Assembly (NCBI RefSeq): GCF_001306055.1
Contig: NZ_LGHJ01000028.1
Span: 1 to 32,000 of the forward strand
Direction of reading: 5' to 3'
DNA: 32,000 nt
DNA from: Bellilinea caldifistulae
Lineage (GTDB): Bacteria > Chloroflexota > Anaerolineae > Anaerolineales > Anaerolineaceae
In this document: in pieces, positions 1 to 9,070 of the stretch
Layout: each line of letters begins with the position of its first letter
Numbering within the stretch: position 1 is the first letter of the stretch
Program-made: the position numbers and the translations under genes
The notes under the pieces: generated by a model
What the model was told of the DNA's origin: nothing
Databases searched by the model: none
What the model saw: only the letters and a program-made list of their open reading frames with translations

Positions 1-59
1 TTGCGCAAAATTTCTTCGATCGTCCCTGCAGAAAGGTTATAATCATTTTGGTGAGTCAT
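1..59 (-). CDS. hypothetical protein, 5' end only (continues past window start); possible immunity partner of the orphan toxin cassette
   Basis: ATG at 59-57 follows AAGGAG (revcomp of 66-71) with a 6-nt spacer. The frame is open to the window edge (MTHQNDYNLSAGTIEEILR...). It lies directly downstream of the 134-778 toxin cassette on the same strand. Confidence 0.4.
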   Translation of the reverse strand, partial: MTHQNDYNLSAGTIEEILR

Positions 60-133
60 TGGGTTCTCCTTATTTGGTTTGGTCACCGTATAAGGATACT
101 TCTGACTCACCATTTTTGTTAAGGTCCAAGAAT

Positions 134-778
134 TTACAGAAAGAATGATACATCAACCCCACGCGAAATAGCATCATGGTAGATTGGATTATTTGGAGAA
201 ATACTGTTAATTTGATTATAGAGGTTTGCTAATCCATACTTCTCAATCAGAACCTGTTCAACCGCTCTAGCATCTGCGCGACTAAAGTGCTCCAGGCCTT
301 GGATAGGCTCGATAACCCAGCTCCGTGTTCTGAGATGCTCTCCAGCTCGACGAACAAAATCATTTGGTATGCCCACGTATTTTGTTACGCCATTTTGAAC
401 CACCTGATAAACGGTGTAAGCACCAGTCCGTACTTCATTGGTTGGGTCTCCATCTGCGGAGAGGGTGGTGGCGATGGTGGTCGCGGTACCCAGATGGGCA
501 AGCAAGGGGTGAATGCTAGCGGTTCCTGCCCCCAAACCGGTTCCGAGCAGTGTGCCTACCGCCGCGTAAAGCGCCACCTGCCCGGCATCAATGTTGAACG
601 AGAGCGCATCCCAGAAGCACAGCCCTTGGTTGAGGTTGCGGATGACCTGAACGCCATACCCGTAGGCCACCCCACCCAGCAGGCCGCCGAAACCGCCTAA
701 CAACAGGAAGGGGTTTTCCCCGCTGGGGTCGGTGAAGCGGAGGGGGCAAGGAAAGCTCGTGTTATTAAGGTGCAGCAA
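134..778 (-). CDS. orphan RHS C-terminal toxin cassette: core-junction remnant (PLRFTDPSGE), Gly-rich hydrophobic linker and GIY-YIG-like nuclease domain
   Basis: The ORF begins (TTG) almost at the PxxxxDPxGE junction motif and has no YD repeats upstream. The C-terminal part reads YTVYQVV-x9-KYVGI ... RRAGEH ... AVEQVLIEKYG ... LYNQIN, which matches the GIY / YIG / R / E / N spacing of GIY-YIG nucleases. Confidence 0.7.
   Translation of the reverse strand: MLHLNNTSFPCPLRFTDPSGENPFLLLGGFGGLLGGVAYGYGVQVIRNLNQGLCFWDALSFNIDAGQVALYAAVGTLLGTGLGAGTASIHPLLAHLGTATTIATTLSADGDPTNEVRTGAYTVYQVVQNGVTKYVGIPNDFVRRAGEHLRTRSWVIEPIQGLEHFSRADARAVEQVLIEKYGLANLYNQINSISPNNPIYHDAISRGVDVSFFL
717..746. repeat. RHS core/tip junction repeat, orphan copy
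   Basis: 28 of 30 nt are identical to 1756-1785 (mismatches at 735 and 740). It encodes PLR(F/Y)TDPSGE on the minus strand. Confidence 0.85.
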
Positions 779-852
779 AAATGGGAAAAATTACTAATCT
801 GGATACCTTAGGAGCAAATCTATGTCGGCTATGTTGGGAAAGATTTTCGGCA

Positions 853-1155
853 TTAAGATTTCCTCTTAGATAACTGGTTATAATCCCAAAAGTTTTGTTC
901 TGCTTTGATGATTATCTCTCCAAGGATAGAATTTAATGGCCAAGAGTCTATAATTATCCATCCCATCATCCCCCTAGTGCTCAGGCTCTGACGATTTTCC
1001 TGAATGCATTTGAGCATATCCAATAACTGTTCGCGAAAGAATTCCAATTGCTTTCTTGACATAGGCCCAGATTCAGGAACTGAAACGGATGCAACATGCT
1101 CATCAAGGGCATCAACTGCTTGTTGAATGGTTGTAACCACCTGCTCTTTTTTCAT
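853..1155 (-). CDS. putative cognate immunity protein of the RHS toxin (100 aa)
   Basis: Its ATG overlaps the RHS stop codon (ATGA at 1152-1155). It is small and AT-rich like the toxin tip, and its position is typical of rhs immunity genes. No recognisable motifs. Confidence 0.6.
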   Translation of the reverse strand: MKKEQVVTTIQQAVDALDEHVASVSVPESGPMSRKQLEFFREQLLDMLKCIQENRQSLSTRGMMGWIIIDSWPLNSILGEIIIKAEQNFWDYNQLSKRKS

Positions 1156-4100
1156 GGCATCAAATCCTCTAAGCTCAACACGAATTTTTGAATTTGACCC
1201 CCTGGTAAGAACTGTCCTTGAGGAGCGGCTCGACCTTCAATGATTGTTGTGCCAGGGCGGATTTGCCATTGTCTGAAGCGAGTCATTTGATTCCATTCGC
1301 GCTTAATAGCCAAACTTTGTTGAGAGGCAGGAAATGTCTCGAAGAGAAAGCGGCCTTTTTCAAAAGCATTGATATTGTCATAGTACCTGATTCCATATTC
1401 AGCAAAAGTAGATACCCTAACTCTAATGGTGGGGATCTCAAACGACTCGATAATTTGCTTTCTTAGCGAATGTGGAACTCCCATTTTTTGAAGGTAAGCG
1501 GAAGCAGAACGAACACCGTCATATAAGGAATTAATGTCTCTTGTCAGTCTTGCCACATCACCTGCATCATCGGCGTGGGCGGCAAAGCGGATGACCAAGC
1601 CCCCAGCAGGCAGGAAGGGCACTGCCAGGCTGAGGGCATCCAGACCCAACGCAGCCCAGTCTCCCCAGCCAACGGCACAGCCGCGCCTGGCCTTATCGGC
1701 AATCGTGTAAAGGTCAAAGCCCAACATGGCTGCATCGAAGAGCGTCTCGATGAACTCCCCGCTGGGGTCGGTGTAGCGAAGGGGGTTGTTGAGGGCGTAG
1801 GGATAAGGGTTGAGGGTGGCGGGCTGGGAGAGGATGCCGGGGAAGGGGTCGCGGGTGAGGAAGCGCCCCCATTGTGGTGCGTAGTAGCGCGCTCTGAGAT
1901 AGATTAGTTCAGTGGGGTCGTGCCATTCGCCGGTGAAGCCGTAATTTGTTAAGGTGCTGCCGCTGGCCGAAAGCAAATTCCCGAAGGGGTCGAAGGACTG
2001 GCTGCGGATGACATTTCCGCCCGCATCGGTCAGCAGACGCACAGAGCCGAGCCGATCGGTGAGGAAGTAATCCAACTCGCCAGCGGCATCCTGCCGGGCG
2101 ATGCGCTCCAATCCATGATAATACAGAGCGTCGCCTGCGGCAAGTACCTGCGGGAGTGAGGCGGCGCTATCCAGCGTGAAGGTGGTGAGGCTGCCATCGG
2201 CAGTGGTCCGGTAGCGGTTGCCCAGCCCGTCGTAGGCAAAGGAGTAAGCAGCGGCGGGGCCGGTGAGTGTGCTCAGGCGGTTGGCAGCATCGTAGGTATA
2301 GGTGTTGAGCCCGTCGGAGCGCAAATTACCGTTGTCGTCCCAGCTGAAGGCTGTTCCTGCGGCGCTCAACAGGCGGTTGGCGGCGTCGTAGGTGAAGAGG
2401 GTGGCCACGCCGTTTTGCGTCTGGCTGAGGCGGTTGCCGGACGGATCGTAGGTATAGGTGAAGGTATCGCCGGTGCTGGATTGAGCCGCAGTCAGGCGGT
2501 CGAGCGCATCGTATTCGTACCCAATTTGGATAACCTCGGCAGCGGTTTGCGGAGCAGAGGCAGGTGGTGGAACGGCCAGCCCTTTGCCGGTAACGGGCAG
2601 CAGCGCGGTCTGCAGGCGGGTCAGGAAAGTCTCGAAGAAATCAGCCAAGGGCTGCAGCCAGGGCCACGGGTTGAGGGAGGTTTGGGAGGGGGTTGTCTGG
2701 CTTTCCGGCAGCGGGGCGGGGTAGGGGTCGAGCGGCGGGCTGCTACGTTGGGCATCCATGCCGCCGGAAGAAGGTGGTGGCGGATAGGGCGGTGGGAGCG
2801 TTCCACTGCAGAGGTTGCAGACCAATGGCAGGAAGACCTTGCGAAGCGGTAGTGGTGTTGGCGTGGGGGTGCGGGTGGATGTGGATGTGCGGGTGGGGGT
2901 TGGGCTGGCGGTAGCCGTGCGGGTTGGGGTACGGCTCGGCGTTACGGAGGGGGTGGGCGTCAGGGTAACTGTGCTGGTGGGGGTTGGGCTGGGGGTGAGC
3001 GTGACGGTCGGGGTGGATGTAGCCCGGCTCTGGCGGCTTTCCTCGCTCAGGGTCAGGTTTCCGACCGCATCGTATTCGTAGGCATAGGTGTAGATATCGT
3101 CTTGGGTCAGGTGCTGGAGTTCGATTAGCTGCCCGCTGAGATCGTAGGTGTAGTGACTGGAGACGCCGTTGGCTAGACTGCGCTGGATCAGCCGCCCGGT
3201 GACATCGTAGGTGTACTGCACCAGCGGCGTGCTGCCCTCGCGTACCTCAACCAGCCGCCCGGGCGGGTCGTAGTAGTAAGTGAGCGCTTTTCCGGCGGTG
3301 GGCGGGTAGGTAAGGCTGGTGCGCCTGCCTTCGGCATCATAGCCGTAGGTCAGAGTCTTGCCGAAGGGGTCGGTAACCGCCGTAATGCGTCCGAGGGGGT
3401 CGTAAGACCAGCTGGTGCGGCCGAGCCCGTCCTGCATGTCCGTCAAACGGCCGAGCGAATCGTATTCGAAGGACACATCCGCCGTGCCGGGCGGATAATC
3501 CACCGCCTGCAGCCGGTTGGCGAGGTCGTAAGAATTGAGGATAGTGTTGCCGTTGGGGTCGTGTTGGGCGGTGAGGTTGCCGAGCGGATCGTAAGAAAAG
3601 GTCGTCACGTTGCCCAACGGGTCGGTGATGCCGATCAGTCGGTCGAGTACATCATACGTAAAAGTGGTGCTGTGGCCGTTGGCATCGGTGATGCCGGTGA
3701 GGTTGCCCAAAAGGTCATAGTCGTATTGGGTGCGCACGTTGGTCTGGGCGTCGGGAACTGCCCCGGAAACGGCGTTCTGGACCACCGCGCTCAAGAGCCC
3801 CAACGAGTTGTACTCATAACGCGTTACCCGGCCAAGTCCATCCGTGCGCGAGGTAACCTGCCCGGATTGGTTGTAGGTCAGTTCGATGGTGTGTCCAGTG
3901 TTATCCATGATTCGCAGCGGATGGCGCAGGGCATCGTAGGTTTCGTAGAAGATGAGATAGTCCCCGGCGGCGGTGGGATGACTTTCCTCAGCCAGTGTGC
4001 CATCGGGGTTGTAGGAAAAGGTCACCACCATGCGGTTCAGGGCATCCCGCACCCGCCACAGCCGCCCGGCAGTATCGTATTCGTACGAGGTTGTCTGGCC

Positions 4101-6539
4101 GAGCCGGTCGGTTTGGGCAATCAATTGCCCGGCGGGATTGTAGGCAAAGTGGAGAGAGTTGCCGAGCGGGTCGGTGATTTGAATCAAACGTCCGGCCGGG
4201 TCGTAGGTGAAGGAGGTGGTCTGACCGAGCGGGTCAGTGGCTTGCTGCAGCCTGCCGAGCGAATCGTAGGTGAAGGTTTCGGTCAGGTTGAAGAGATTGT
4301 CCTCGTTTTGGGTTTTGGCGGGGTCGTAGTTACGCACCCACCGGATCAGGTTGCCCGCCGGGTCGTAACTCAGGTGGGTAACGCTGCCGCGCGGGTCGGT
4401 CAGACTTACCGGTCTCCCAATCTCGTCATATTCGAAATGGGTGAAGTTCTGGGCGGCATCCTGAATTTGCACCAGCTGACCGAGGGAATCATAGGTGTAG
4501 GTGGTGGTGCGGCCGAGGGCGTCACTGACAGCTTTGAGCAGTCCCGGCGGTTGGGGAAAATCGGCAGCAGTGGTGTAGGTGTAGGTGGTGGTGAGCGTGG
4601 CGCTGCCGGTGTGCAGGCTGGTGGATTGCAGCAACGCCCCCGCATAGGTGAAGGTCAGGGTACGATTTAGCGGATCGGTCAGCTGCACCAGTCGGTTGAC
4701 CGGGTCATATTCCAAATGGGTTTCGTTACCCGCCGCATCGCGGACATAGGTCAGATTGGCTCCGTTGGCGCTCCACTGATACTCGATGCTGCGGTTGTAT
4801 GGATCACGCACCTCAATGGGCCGGAAGTTGGCATCGTAGGTCTTGTTCAGCAAATAGCCGGCCGGATCGCTCTGCCAGATGTTGGTGTGGCGGTCATCGT
4901 AGCCGTCCGTGCGGGGTCGGTCGAGTGCGTCCAGCACGGTGGTGCTGCCATCGGGGTTGAAGGTCAGGTGGACAATACGCTCATTGGCTGCGTTGTATTG
5001 CTGGAAGGCGCGTCCCTGCGAGTCGTAGTGAACGATCAGTTCCACAAAAGGCGGATTGCCGGGGGCAATGACGGTGGTCAGGCGGTGATCCTGATAGGCA
5101 TACTGCCAGACCTGGCCGCGCACATCATTGAATTCAGTCAGGTCACCACTGGCATTGTAACCAAAACTGACCTGACGGTTGGCCGAGTCACTCACCGCAG
5201 CCAGACGGCCGTTCTGGTACTCGAATTGCAGAAAACGCCCGCTGAGCGGCTCGCTCACGCGAGTCAATTGTCCCTCCGTGTAGGTATAATCGAAGCCGAA
5301 ACCACGCTCATCCCGCCAAGACTGTAAACGTCCACTGCCATCGAAAGTATATCGGGAACGGTCGGCTGCAATGAGCATGTAGGTGTTGGTAGGGGAATTA
5401 TAGGTCAGTTGAGCCAGCACTCCCGGGTAGGGTGAGTAAGTGCCGTCGCCTTGTACAAGGAAGCGGTATTGGTTGAGGGTGTGAGCCTTGAACCAGACCG
5501 TATCGTCTTCGAAGAGCAGGCGCACATCCTGATTGTGTGTCCAGCCCGGGCCGAGGTTGGTGGGGTAGAGGGTGGTGTTCACAGCGAGGGAAGCATAGGA
5601 GCGCTGGAAGGAGAGTTCCCCAGCAACGGTATGGAGGGAGAGATCTACAAGGCTGTAATCGAAATTGCCGGTGCGGGTGTCAATCGGGTCACCGGCCGTT
5701 TCGCTTGCATCCCCGCAGGCGCTGACGGCACACTCGCGTGGGTCACCCTGCCCGTTCTTGGGTTGATTGGAGGACAGGGTGGAGCGGTTGGAGAGGGCCG
5801 ATAAAGTTCCATAAACTCGAACCGAGTCGATATAGAATTCCCTTGGATCACAAAAAGCGTTACCGCCATTACTCCAAACGCGAATCCGAACGGCTTGTAC
5901 ATCACCGGTATAGATTCCACCATACCACCCTGCCCCTTGATACCCTCCCACTTCCTGATAAGGATAGGCAATGACCCAATCCGGCGATTCGCAGGGGAGA
6001 GGGGTAGGGGATACGGATAACTCCATGCCCATATCCTGCGTGACATTTTGTGGTTGATGTACAAAGGCTTGAATAGCTGCGTTGGTGAGGTGAACGATTT
6101 GCCCTAGTGTGACCACCATGCAGGCTCGCAAGCCGTTCCCATCCGCATAATGGGAGGAATTGATCAACCTGGCGCTGGCCCCATCCTGCACACCAATGGC
6201 ATTGAGGGGGGAAGACCAGGATACTGTACCAACGCAGTTAAAATAGCCCGAACAGGGGCTGCCATCGAAGCCGGTTTCCAGAATCCCATTGGCGTAGTGA
6301 TATGCAGCGGGGAGGCTGGATTGAGAGACCGAGGCAGGGACCGGATATTGGGAGACAATAGGAAGGGGGGATGAGGCCAGATTGGATGATAGAGCAGCCG
6401 GTTGAAAGTGGCCTGCGGAAACCGGATTTGCCGCTGATGAGACCTTCCGGATGGGGAGGAAAGTGTTGGTCAGTAGGCTGATGACAAGAAAGAAGCGAAT
6501 AATATTTGCATGGAGGTTTTTAGTCGTGAGTGTATGCAT
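1152..6539 (-). CDS. RHS/YD-repeat polymorphic toxin (1795 aa) with N-terminal signal/TM segment, internal Pro/Thr-rich insert and variable C-terminal toxin
   Basis: Dozens of YD repeats are present ([21 protein letters not shown]...). An RHS core follows ([15 protein letters not shown] ... [11 protein letters not shown]). The N-terminus is hydrophobic ([18 protein letters not shown]). GC is 40/60 at 3361-3420. Confidence 0.95.
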   Translation of the reverse strand: MHTLTTKNLHANIIRFFLVISLLTNTFLPIRKVSSAANPVSAGHFQPAALSSNLASSPLPIVSQYPVPASVSQSSLPAAYHYANGILETGFDGSPCSGYFNCVGTVSWSSPLNAIGVQDGASARLINSSHYADGNGLRACMVVTLGQIVHLTNAAIQAFVHQPQNVTQDMGMELSVSPTPLPCESPDWVIAYPYQEVGGYQGAGWYGGIYTGDVQAVRIRVWSNGGNAFCDPREFYIDSVRVYGTLSALSNRSTLSSNQPKNGQGDPRECAVSACGDASETAGDPIDTRTGNFDYSLVDLSLHTVAGELSFQRSYASLAVNTTLYPTNLGPGWTHNQDVRLLFEDDTVWFKAHTLNQYRFLVQGDGTYSPYPGVLAQLTYNSPTNTYMLIAADRSRYTFDGSGRLQSWRDERGFGFDYTYTEGQLTRVSEPLSGRFLQFEYQNGRLAAVSDSANRQVSFGYNASGDLTEFNDVRGQVWQYAYQDHRLTTVIAPGNPPFVELIVHYDSQGRAFQQYNAANERIVHLTFNPDGSTTVLDALDRPRTDGYDDRHTNIWQSDPAGYLLNKTYDANFRPIEVRDPYNRSIEYQWSANGANLTYVRDAAGNETHLEYDPVNRLVQLTDPLNRTLTFTYAGALLQSTSLHTGSATLTTTYTYTTAADFPQPPGLLKAVSDALGRTTTYTYDSLGQLVQIQDAAQNFTHFEYDEIGRPVSLTDPRGSVTHLSYDPAGNLIRWVRNYDPAKTQNEDNLFNLTETFTYDSLGRLQQATDPLGQTTSFTYDPAGRLIQITDPLGNSLHFAYNPAGQLIAQTDRLGQTTSYEYDTAGRLWRVRDALNRMVVTFSYNPDGTLAEESHPTAAGDYLIFYETYDALRHPLRIMDNTGHTIELTYNQSGQVTSRTDGLGRVTRYEYNSLGLLSAVVQNAVSGAVPDAQTNVRTQYDYDLLGNLTGITDANGHSTTFTYDVLDRLIGITDPLGNVTTFSYDPLGNLTAQHDPNGNTILNSYDLANRLQAVDYPPGTADVSFEYDSLGRLTDMQDGLGRTSWSYDPLGRITAVTDPFGKTLTYGYDAEGRRTSLTYPPTAGKALTYYYDPPGRLVEVREGSTPLVQYTYDVTGRLIQRSLANGVSSHYTYDLSGQLIELQHLTQDDIYTYAYEYDAVGNLTLSEESRQSRATSTPTVTLTPSPTPTSTVTLTPTPSVTPSRTPTRTATASPTPTRTSTSTRTPTPTPLPLRKVFLPLVCNLCSGTLPPPYPPPPSSGGMDAQRSSPPLDPYPAPLPESQTTPSQTSLNPWPWLQPLADFFETFLTRLQTALLPVTGKGLAVPPPASAPQTAAEVIQIGYEYDALDRLTAAQSSTGDTFTYTYDPSGNRLSQTQNGVATLFTYDAANRLLSAAGTAFSWDDNGNLRSDGLNTYTYDAANRLSTLTGPAAAYSFAYDGLGNRYRTTADGSLTTFTLDSAASLPQVLAAGDALYYHGLERIARQDAAGELDYFLTDRLGSVRLLTDAGGNVIRSQSFDPFGNLLSASGSTLTNYGFTGEWHDPTELIYLRARYYAPQWGRFLTRDPFPGILSQPATLNPYPYALNNPLRYTDPSGEFIETLFDAAMLGFDLYTIADKARRGCAVGWGDWAALGLDALSLAVPFLPAGGLVIRFAAHADDAGDVARLTRDINSLYDGVRSASAYLQKMGVPHSLRKQIIESFEIPTIRVRVSTFAEYGIRYYDNINAFEKGRFLFETFPASQQSLAIKREWNQMTRFRQWQIRPGTTIIEGRAAPQGQFLPGGQIQKFVLSLEDLMP
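1756..1785. repeat. RHS core/tip junction repeat, resident copy
   Basis: Pairs with 717-746 (28 of 30 nt identical). It encodes [10 protein letters not shown]. Confidence 0.85.
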
Positions 6540-6722
6540 GGAAAGTATGGTATCCGGTTGGAAGGAGATTTTTGGTTCGAAAAAAGACGGGAAACGGTAT
6601 TTTCTTTATGATACTCAGGGGCAGACTGCCAGGGAGGCTTCCATAAGGGCAATTTTGAGGTCGTAAATGTTAACAATAGGTTAACAAGTCCTTAGAATTC
6701 AGGTGCAAACGGCCATTTTGCG

Positions 6723-6759
6723 CGTCGTACAACATAGTCGTACAATAACTATTGTAAGA
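6723..6759. promoter_or_regulatory. repeated GTCGTACAA motifs and imperfect palindrome upstream of the integrase (candidate recombinase or repressor binding sites)
   Basis: GTCGTACAA occurs at 6723-6731 and 6736-6744. GTCGTACAATA-AC-TATTGTAAGAC (6736-6759) is an 11-bp inverted repeat with one mismatch. A related GCGTCGCACAAT lies at 6823-6834. Confidence 0.3.
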
Positions 6760-6859
6760 CGCAGAAACCCCAAAAACAGCCCCAAAATCCCCATTTTTCG
6801 GGCTTAAAACCGCCTTAAACTGCGTCGCACAATGTTTTTAGCGGGAGGAAAACGCACCC

Positions 6860-7678
6860 ATGAACCCCATGGACGAGTATCTTGCAACCCTCACCAGCCC
6901 CCGCACGGCAGAGCGTTACCGGGCGGCACTGAACGAATTTGCCGACTGGTACACCCAAACCACCGGCGCAAGCGTGGACTGGAACCTGCTCACTGCCGTT
7001 GAGGTCAAGGACTACACCGCCTACCTGCAAACCGTCCGCAGGCTCTCATCGGCGAGCGTCAATCTGCGGTTGGCAGCCCTCCGTTCGTTCCTGCGCCACC
7101 TGGGACGCACCTTGAAGGTGAAAGGCCCCAAGCAGGTCACGCCGCCGGTCAAGGCTCTCTCCGCCCGTGAGTTGGGCAGACTGTTGGCTGCCGCCGAAGG
7201 CAGCACACGGGATACCGCCATCCTCAACCTGATGGCACGGGCAGGTCTGCGGGTGGGTGAGGTAGTCCACCTGCGGGTGGGTGATGTCGAAATGAACGGG
7301 CGTTCAGGGTGGCTGACGGTAAGAGGCGGCAAGGGCAACAAGACCCGCCGTGTACCGCTGAACGGCGAGGTGCGCCAGGCGTTGAAAGCCTGGCTGGACG
7401 AACGCCCCCAGGTAGCAGGCGATGACCTGTTCCTCTCCCGCACGGGCAAGCCGCTCTCGGAGCGGGATGTCCAGCGCATGGTGGCGGAGTATGCCCGCAT
7501 CGCCGGTGTCGAAGCCAGCCCGCACACCCTGCGCCACACCTTTGCCACCCGTGCCATCGAGAAGGGTGTGGATGTGGCCACTCTTGCGGCGATTTTGGGA
7601 CATTCCCGGTTGGAGACGACCGGGCGCTATCTGCACCCGACCGCCGAGCGAATACAGGAGGCGGTAGAGGGAATATGA
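6860..7678 (+). CDS. tyrosine recombinase / phage integrase family (XerC/D-like, 272 aa)
   Basis: Box I is AGLRVGEVVHL. Box II is HTLRHTFATRAIEKGVDVATLAAILGHSRLETTGRYLH, giving the R..HxxR..Y catalytic signature. Confidence 0.9.
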   Translation: MNPMDEYLATLTSPRTAERYRAALNEFADWYTQTTGASVDWNLLTAVEVKDYTAYLQTVRRLSSASVNLRLAALRSFLRHLGRTLKVKGPKQVTPPVKALSARELGRLLAAAEGSTRDTAILNLMARAGLRVGEVVHLRVGDVEMNGRSGWLTVRGGKGNKTRRVPLNGEVRQALKAWLDERPQVAGDDLFLSRTGKPLSERDVQRMVAEYARIAGVEASPHTLRHTFATRAIEKGVDVATLAAILGHSRLETTGRYLHPTAERIQEAVEGI

Positions 7679-7965
7679 CCACCTGGAAGCACACCGAACG
7701 GGCGATTGCAAAGCGGCTGAACGGCAGGCGTCTGGGCGCAACCGGCGGAGCAACGCCGGATGTCATTACTGACCGGCTGGCGGTGGAAGTCAAGCATCGC
7801 AAGGAACTGCCGGGCTGGTTGAAGGACGCTTTGGCGCAGGCAGTCCACAACGCCGGTGAACGCCTGCCGCAGGTAGTGCTGCACGAGGCGGGCAAACGCC
7901 ATGCGGACGATTTGATCTTGCTGCGGATGCAAGACCTGGAACGACTGCTTTCCAAACAATTTTGA
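7675..7965 (+). CDS. PD-(D/E)XK-type nuclease, Holliday-junction-resolvase-like (96 aa)
   Basis: Its ATGA overlaps the integrase stop. The motif TPDVITDRLAVEVKHRK fits D...E-x-K. The protein is small and basic. Confidence 0.55.
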   Translation: MTTWKHTERAIAKRLNGRRLGATGGATPDVITDRLAVEVKHRKELPGWLKDALAQAVHNAGERLPQVVLHEAGKRHADDLILLRMQDLERLLSKQF

Positions 7966-7973
7966 AAAGCCAC

Positions 7974-8002
7974 TTGCACTCTGTCTTTTCTTTTGCTAGA
8001 AT
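7974..8002 (+). promoter_or_regulatory. candidate sigma70-type promoter
   Basis: TTGCAC (7974-7979), a 17-nt spacer, then TAGAAT (7997-8002). Confidence 0.4.
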
Positions 8003-8008
8003 ACGGTC

Positions 8009-8114
8009 AGGAGCGGCTCACAAAGCCCCTCCACCTGACTGAAAGCGTCAAAGCGTCAAACCGGCTTACAAAGCCCGTTGGACGAATGCGAAAGCATTTG
8101 CCAACGGGTTTTTT
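8009..8114 (+). ncRNA. candidate ~105-nt small RNA or attenuator leader bounded by a promoter and an intrinsic terminator
   Basis: It lies between the promoter at 7974-8002 and the terminator at 8074-8114. It contains hairpin GTCAGG...CCTGAC, tandem AAGCGTCAA x2, and two GGCTYACAAAGCC hairpins (8015-8027, 8063-8075). No ORF with an SD site is present. Confidence 0.3.
8074..8114 (+). terminator. rho-independent terminator
   Basis: CCCGTTGG (8074-8081) pairs with CCAACGGG (8101-8108). An inner AATGC-GAAA-GCATT stem sits inside, and TTTTTT follows at 8109-8114. Confidence 0.6.
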
Positions 8115-8142
8115 GGTTATCGGCTGGCGGATAAGCCGCCTT

Positions 8143-8206
8143 CTGGGTGCAACTCCCGGACAGCCACTTTCCACCGGCTTACAAAGCCCGTGGCGGGACT
8201 TTAACA
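8143..8206 (+). promoter_or_regulatory. repeated structured module, copy A (T-arm-like hairpin, second hairpin, TTAACA)
   Basis: CTGGG-TGCAACT-CCCGG at 8143-8159. CCCG-TGG-CGGG at 8187-8197. ACTTTAACA ends at 8206. Confidence 0.4.
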
Positions 8207-8320
8207 AGCGAGCAGTTCACCGGCTTACCGGCGTCCACTGGGACAAATCCCTTTCGTTCCCCACTCCGAAGGGAGAGCAGCACTCTCCCGCCGGAATGGG
8301 GAACGAAAGGAGGTGATGCC

Positions 8321-8479
8321 ATGAACCTGCTCCAAGCAATCCCCCTGCTGGTCATCTTTGCCGTGTTGCTGATTGCGTATGACCTGGCGCAAAAATACTT
8401 CATCCTTCGGATGCTAAAACAGGCAAAAGACAAGGATGAGCGTGAGGTCATCATCACGCTTTTGACCCGCAGGCGGTAA
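8321..8479 (+). CDS. small membrane protein (52 aa)
   Basis: AAAGGAGG SD lies 7 nt upstream of ATG 8321. The N-terminus is hydrophobic (LLQAIPLLVIFAVLLIAY) and the tail is basic. Confidence 0.6.
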   Translation: MNLLQAIPLLVIFAVLLIAYDLAQKYFILRMLKQAKDKDEREVIITLLTRRR

Positions 8480-8542
8480 AGTCCCCCCGGAGAGCGGCCA
8501 CAAAGCCCCTCTCCAAATTTACCGCTCCGCAGAGTGCCGTGT

Positions 8543-8596
8543 GCGGGTGCAAATCCCGCAGGAGTGATCTGCCCGAAAGGGCGCAGTACCTTAACA
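8543..8596 (+). promoter_or_regulatory. repeated structured module, copy B
   Basis: GCGGG-TGCAAAT-CCCGC at 8543-8559. GCCC-GAAA-GGGC at 8571-8582. GCAGTACCTTAACA ends at 8596. Confidence 0.45.
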
Positions 8597-8627
8597 CCGC
8601 CGCTTGTCAACGGCAGTCTCTTTTCTG

Positions 8628-8693
8628 GGCGGCTGCACCCGCCACCAAACTATTTGGTCGGCGGTGCAGCGCCGACCCGAAAGGAGGAAAACC
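8628..8693 (+). promoter_or_regulatory. structured 5' leader L1 (two hairpins, the second abutting the SD)
   Basis: GGCGG-CTGCAC-CCGCC at 8628-8643. GGTCGGCG-GTGCAG-CGCCGACC at 8656-8677, followed directly by CGAAAGGAGG and ATG 8694. It is a paralogue of 9393-9467. Confidence 0.5.
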
Positions 8694-8891
8694 ATGTTCG
8701 TCTTCTTTTACGTATTCTTTGAGTTTGACGAAATGATTGCCGTTGACGCCTCCGATAAAGCCCACCGATTCCACGCAAAACACCCGGTCTCTTTCGTGTG
8801 GGTAAGAGACGATGGTGACTGGGTTTGGCGTTGGGAGCATGGGATGGTCTGGCCGGTAAGACCGGCTAGTGAGGAGGATTGGCGGCGGTAA
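8694..8891 (+). CDS. hypothetical small protein (65 aa, Trp-rich)
   Basis: GAAAGGAGG SD lies 7 nt before ATG 8694. The ORF is in frame with track ORF 8604-8891. Confidence 0.6.
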   Translation: MFVFFYVFFEFDEMIAVDASDKAHRFHAKHPVSFVWVRDDGDWVWRWEHGMVWPVRPASEEDWRR

Positions 8892-8894
8892 AAT

Positions 8895-8914
8895 GCAGGG
8901 CTACCCAGCCCTGC
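8895..8914 (+). terminator. post-gene hairpin with conserved TACCCA loop (copy 1)
   Basis: GCAGGGC-TACCCA-GCCCTGC starts 4 nt after the stop codon. A second hairpin AGAGGGCTT-GGGTA-AAGCCCTCT follows at 8921-8943. No strong U-tract is present. Confidence 0.4.
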
Positions 8915-8983
8915 CCCCCAAGAGGGCTTGGGTAAAGCCCTCTTTCCGAGAACTCCGCTCCGTTTTGGAGCGATGATATACCG

Positions 8984-9025
8984 ACAGCACATTACCAACA
9001 GCACATTACCAACAGCACTAAGCCA
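8984..9025. repeat. 14-bp tandem repeat x3 (third copy degenerate)
   Basis: ACAGCACATTACCA at 8984-8997 and 8998-9011. ACAGCACTAAGCCA at 9012-9025. Confidence 0.9.
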
Positions 9026-9026
9026 A

Positions 9027-9070
9027 CCGCCCTCGCAGTCCCGCCGGTGCAACTCCGGCAGGGCGGTTTT
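9027..9070 (+). terminator. branched terminator-like structure containing a T-arm-like hairpin (module copy C1)
   Basis: Outer stem CCGCCCT (9027-9033) pairs with AGGGCGG (9060-9066). It encloses GCCGG-TGCAACT-CCGGC (9043-9059) and is followed by TTTT (9067-9070). Confidence 0.4.

Noticed and set aside
1218-6374. Many plus-strand ORFs inside the RHS gene (for example 3561-4670 at 369 aa, 4716-5327, 2415-2852, 5451-5804).
   Set aside because: They are antisense to a strongly supported YD-repeat gene. They are Gly/Val/Arg-rich low-complexity translations typical of GC-rich antisense frames, with no SD sites and no motifs.
7021-7979. Minus-strand ORFs of 186, 251, 149 and 110 aa overlapping the integrase and nuclease genes.
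   Set aside because: They are Arg/Pro/Ser-rich antisense frames of a GC-rich region. The plus-strand genes carry clear catalytic motifs and translational coupling.
8543-8559. Possible cobalamin riboswitch, because GCGGG-TGCAAAT-CCCGC resembles the GCCGG-TGAAAAT-CCGGC hairpin of B12 elements.
   Set aside because: No B12 box (AGYCMGGAGACCKGCC-like) or other conserved cobalamin core elements lie nearby. The motif recurs five times upstream of unrelated small phage-like genes.
8984-9025. Possible CRISPR array or array remnant.
   Set aside because: The 14-bp units are directly adjacent with no spacers, there are only about three copies, and no cas genes are present.
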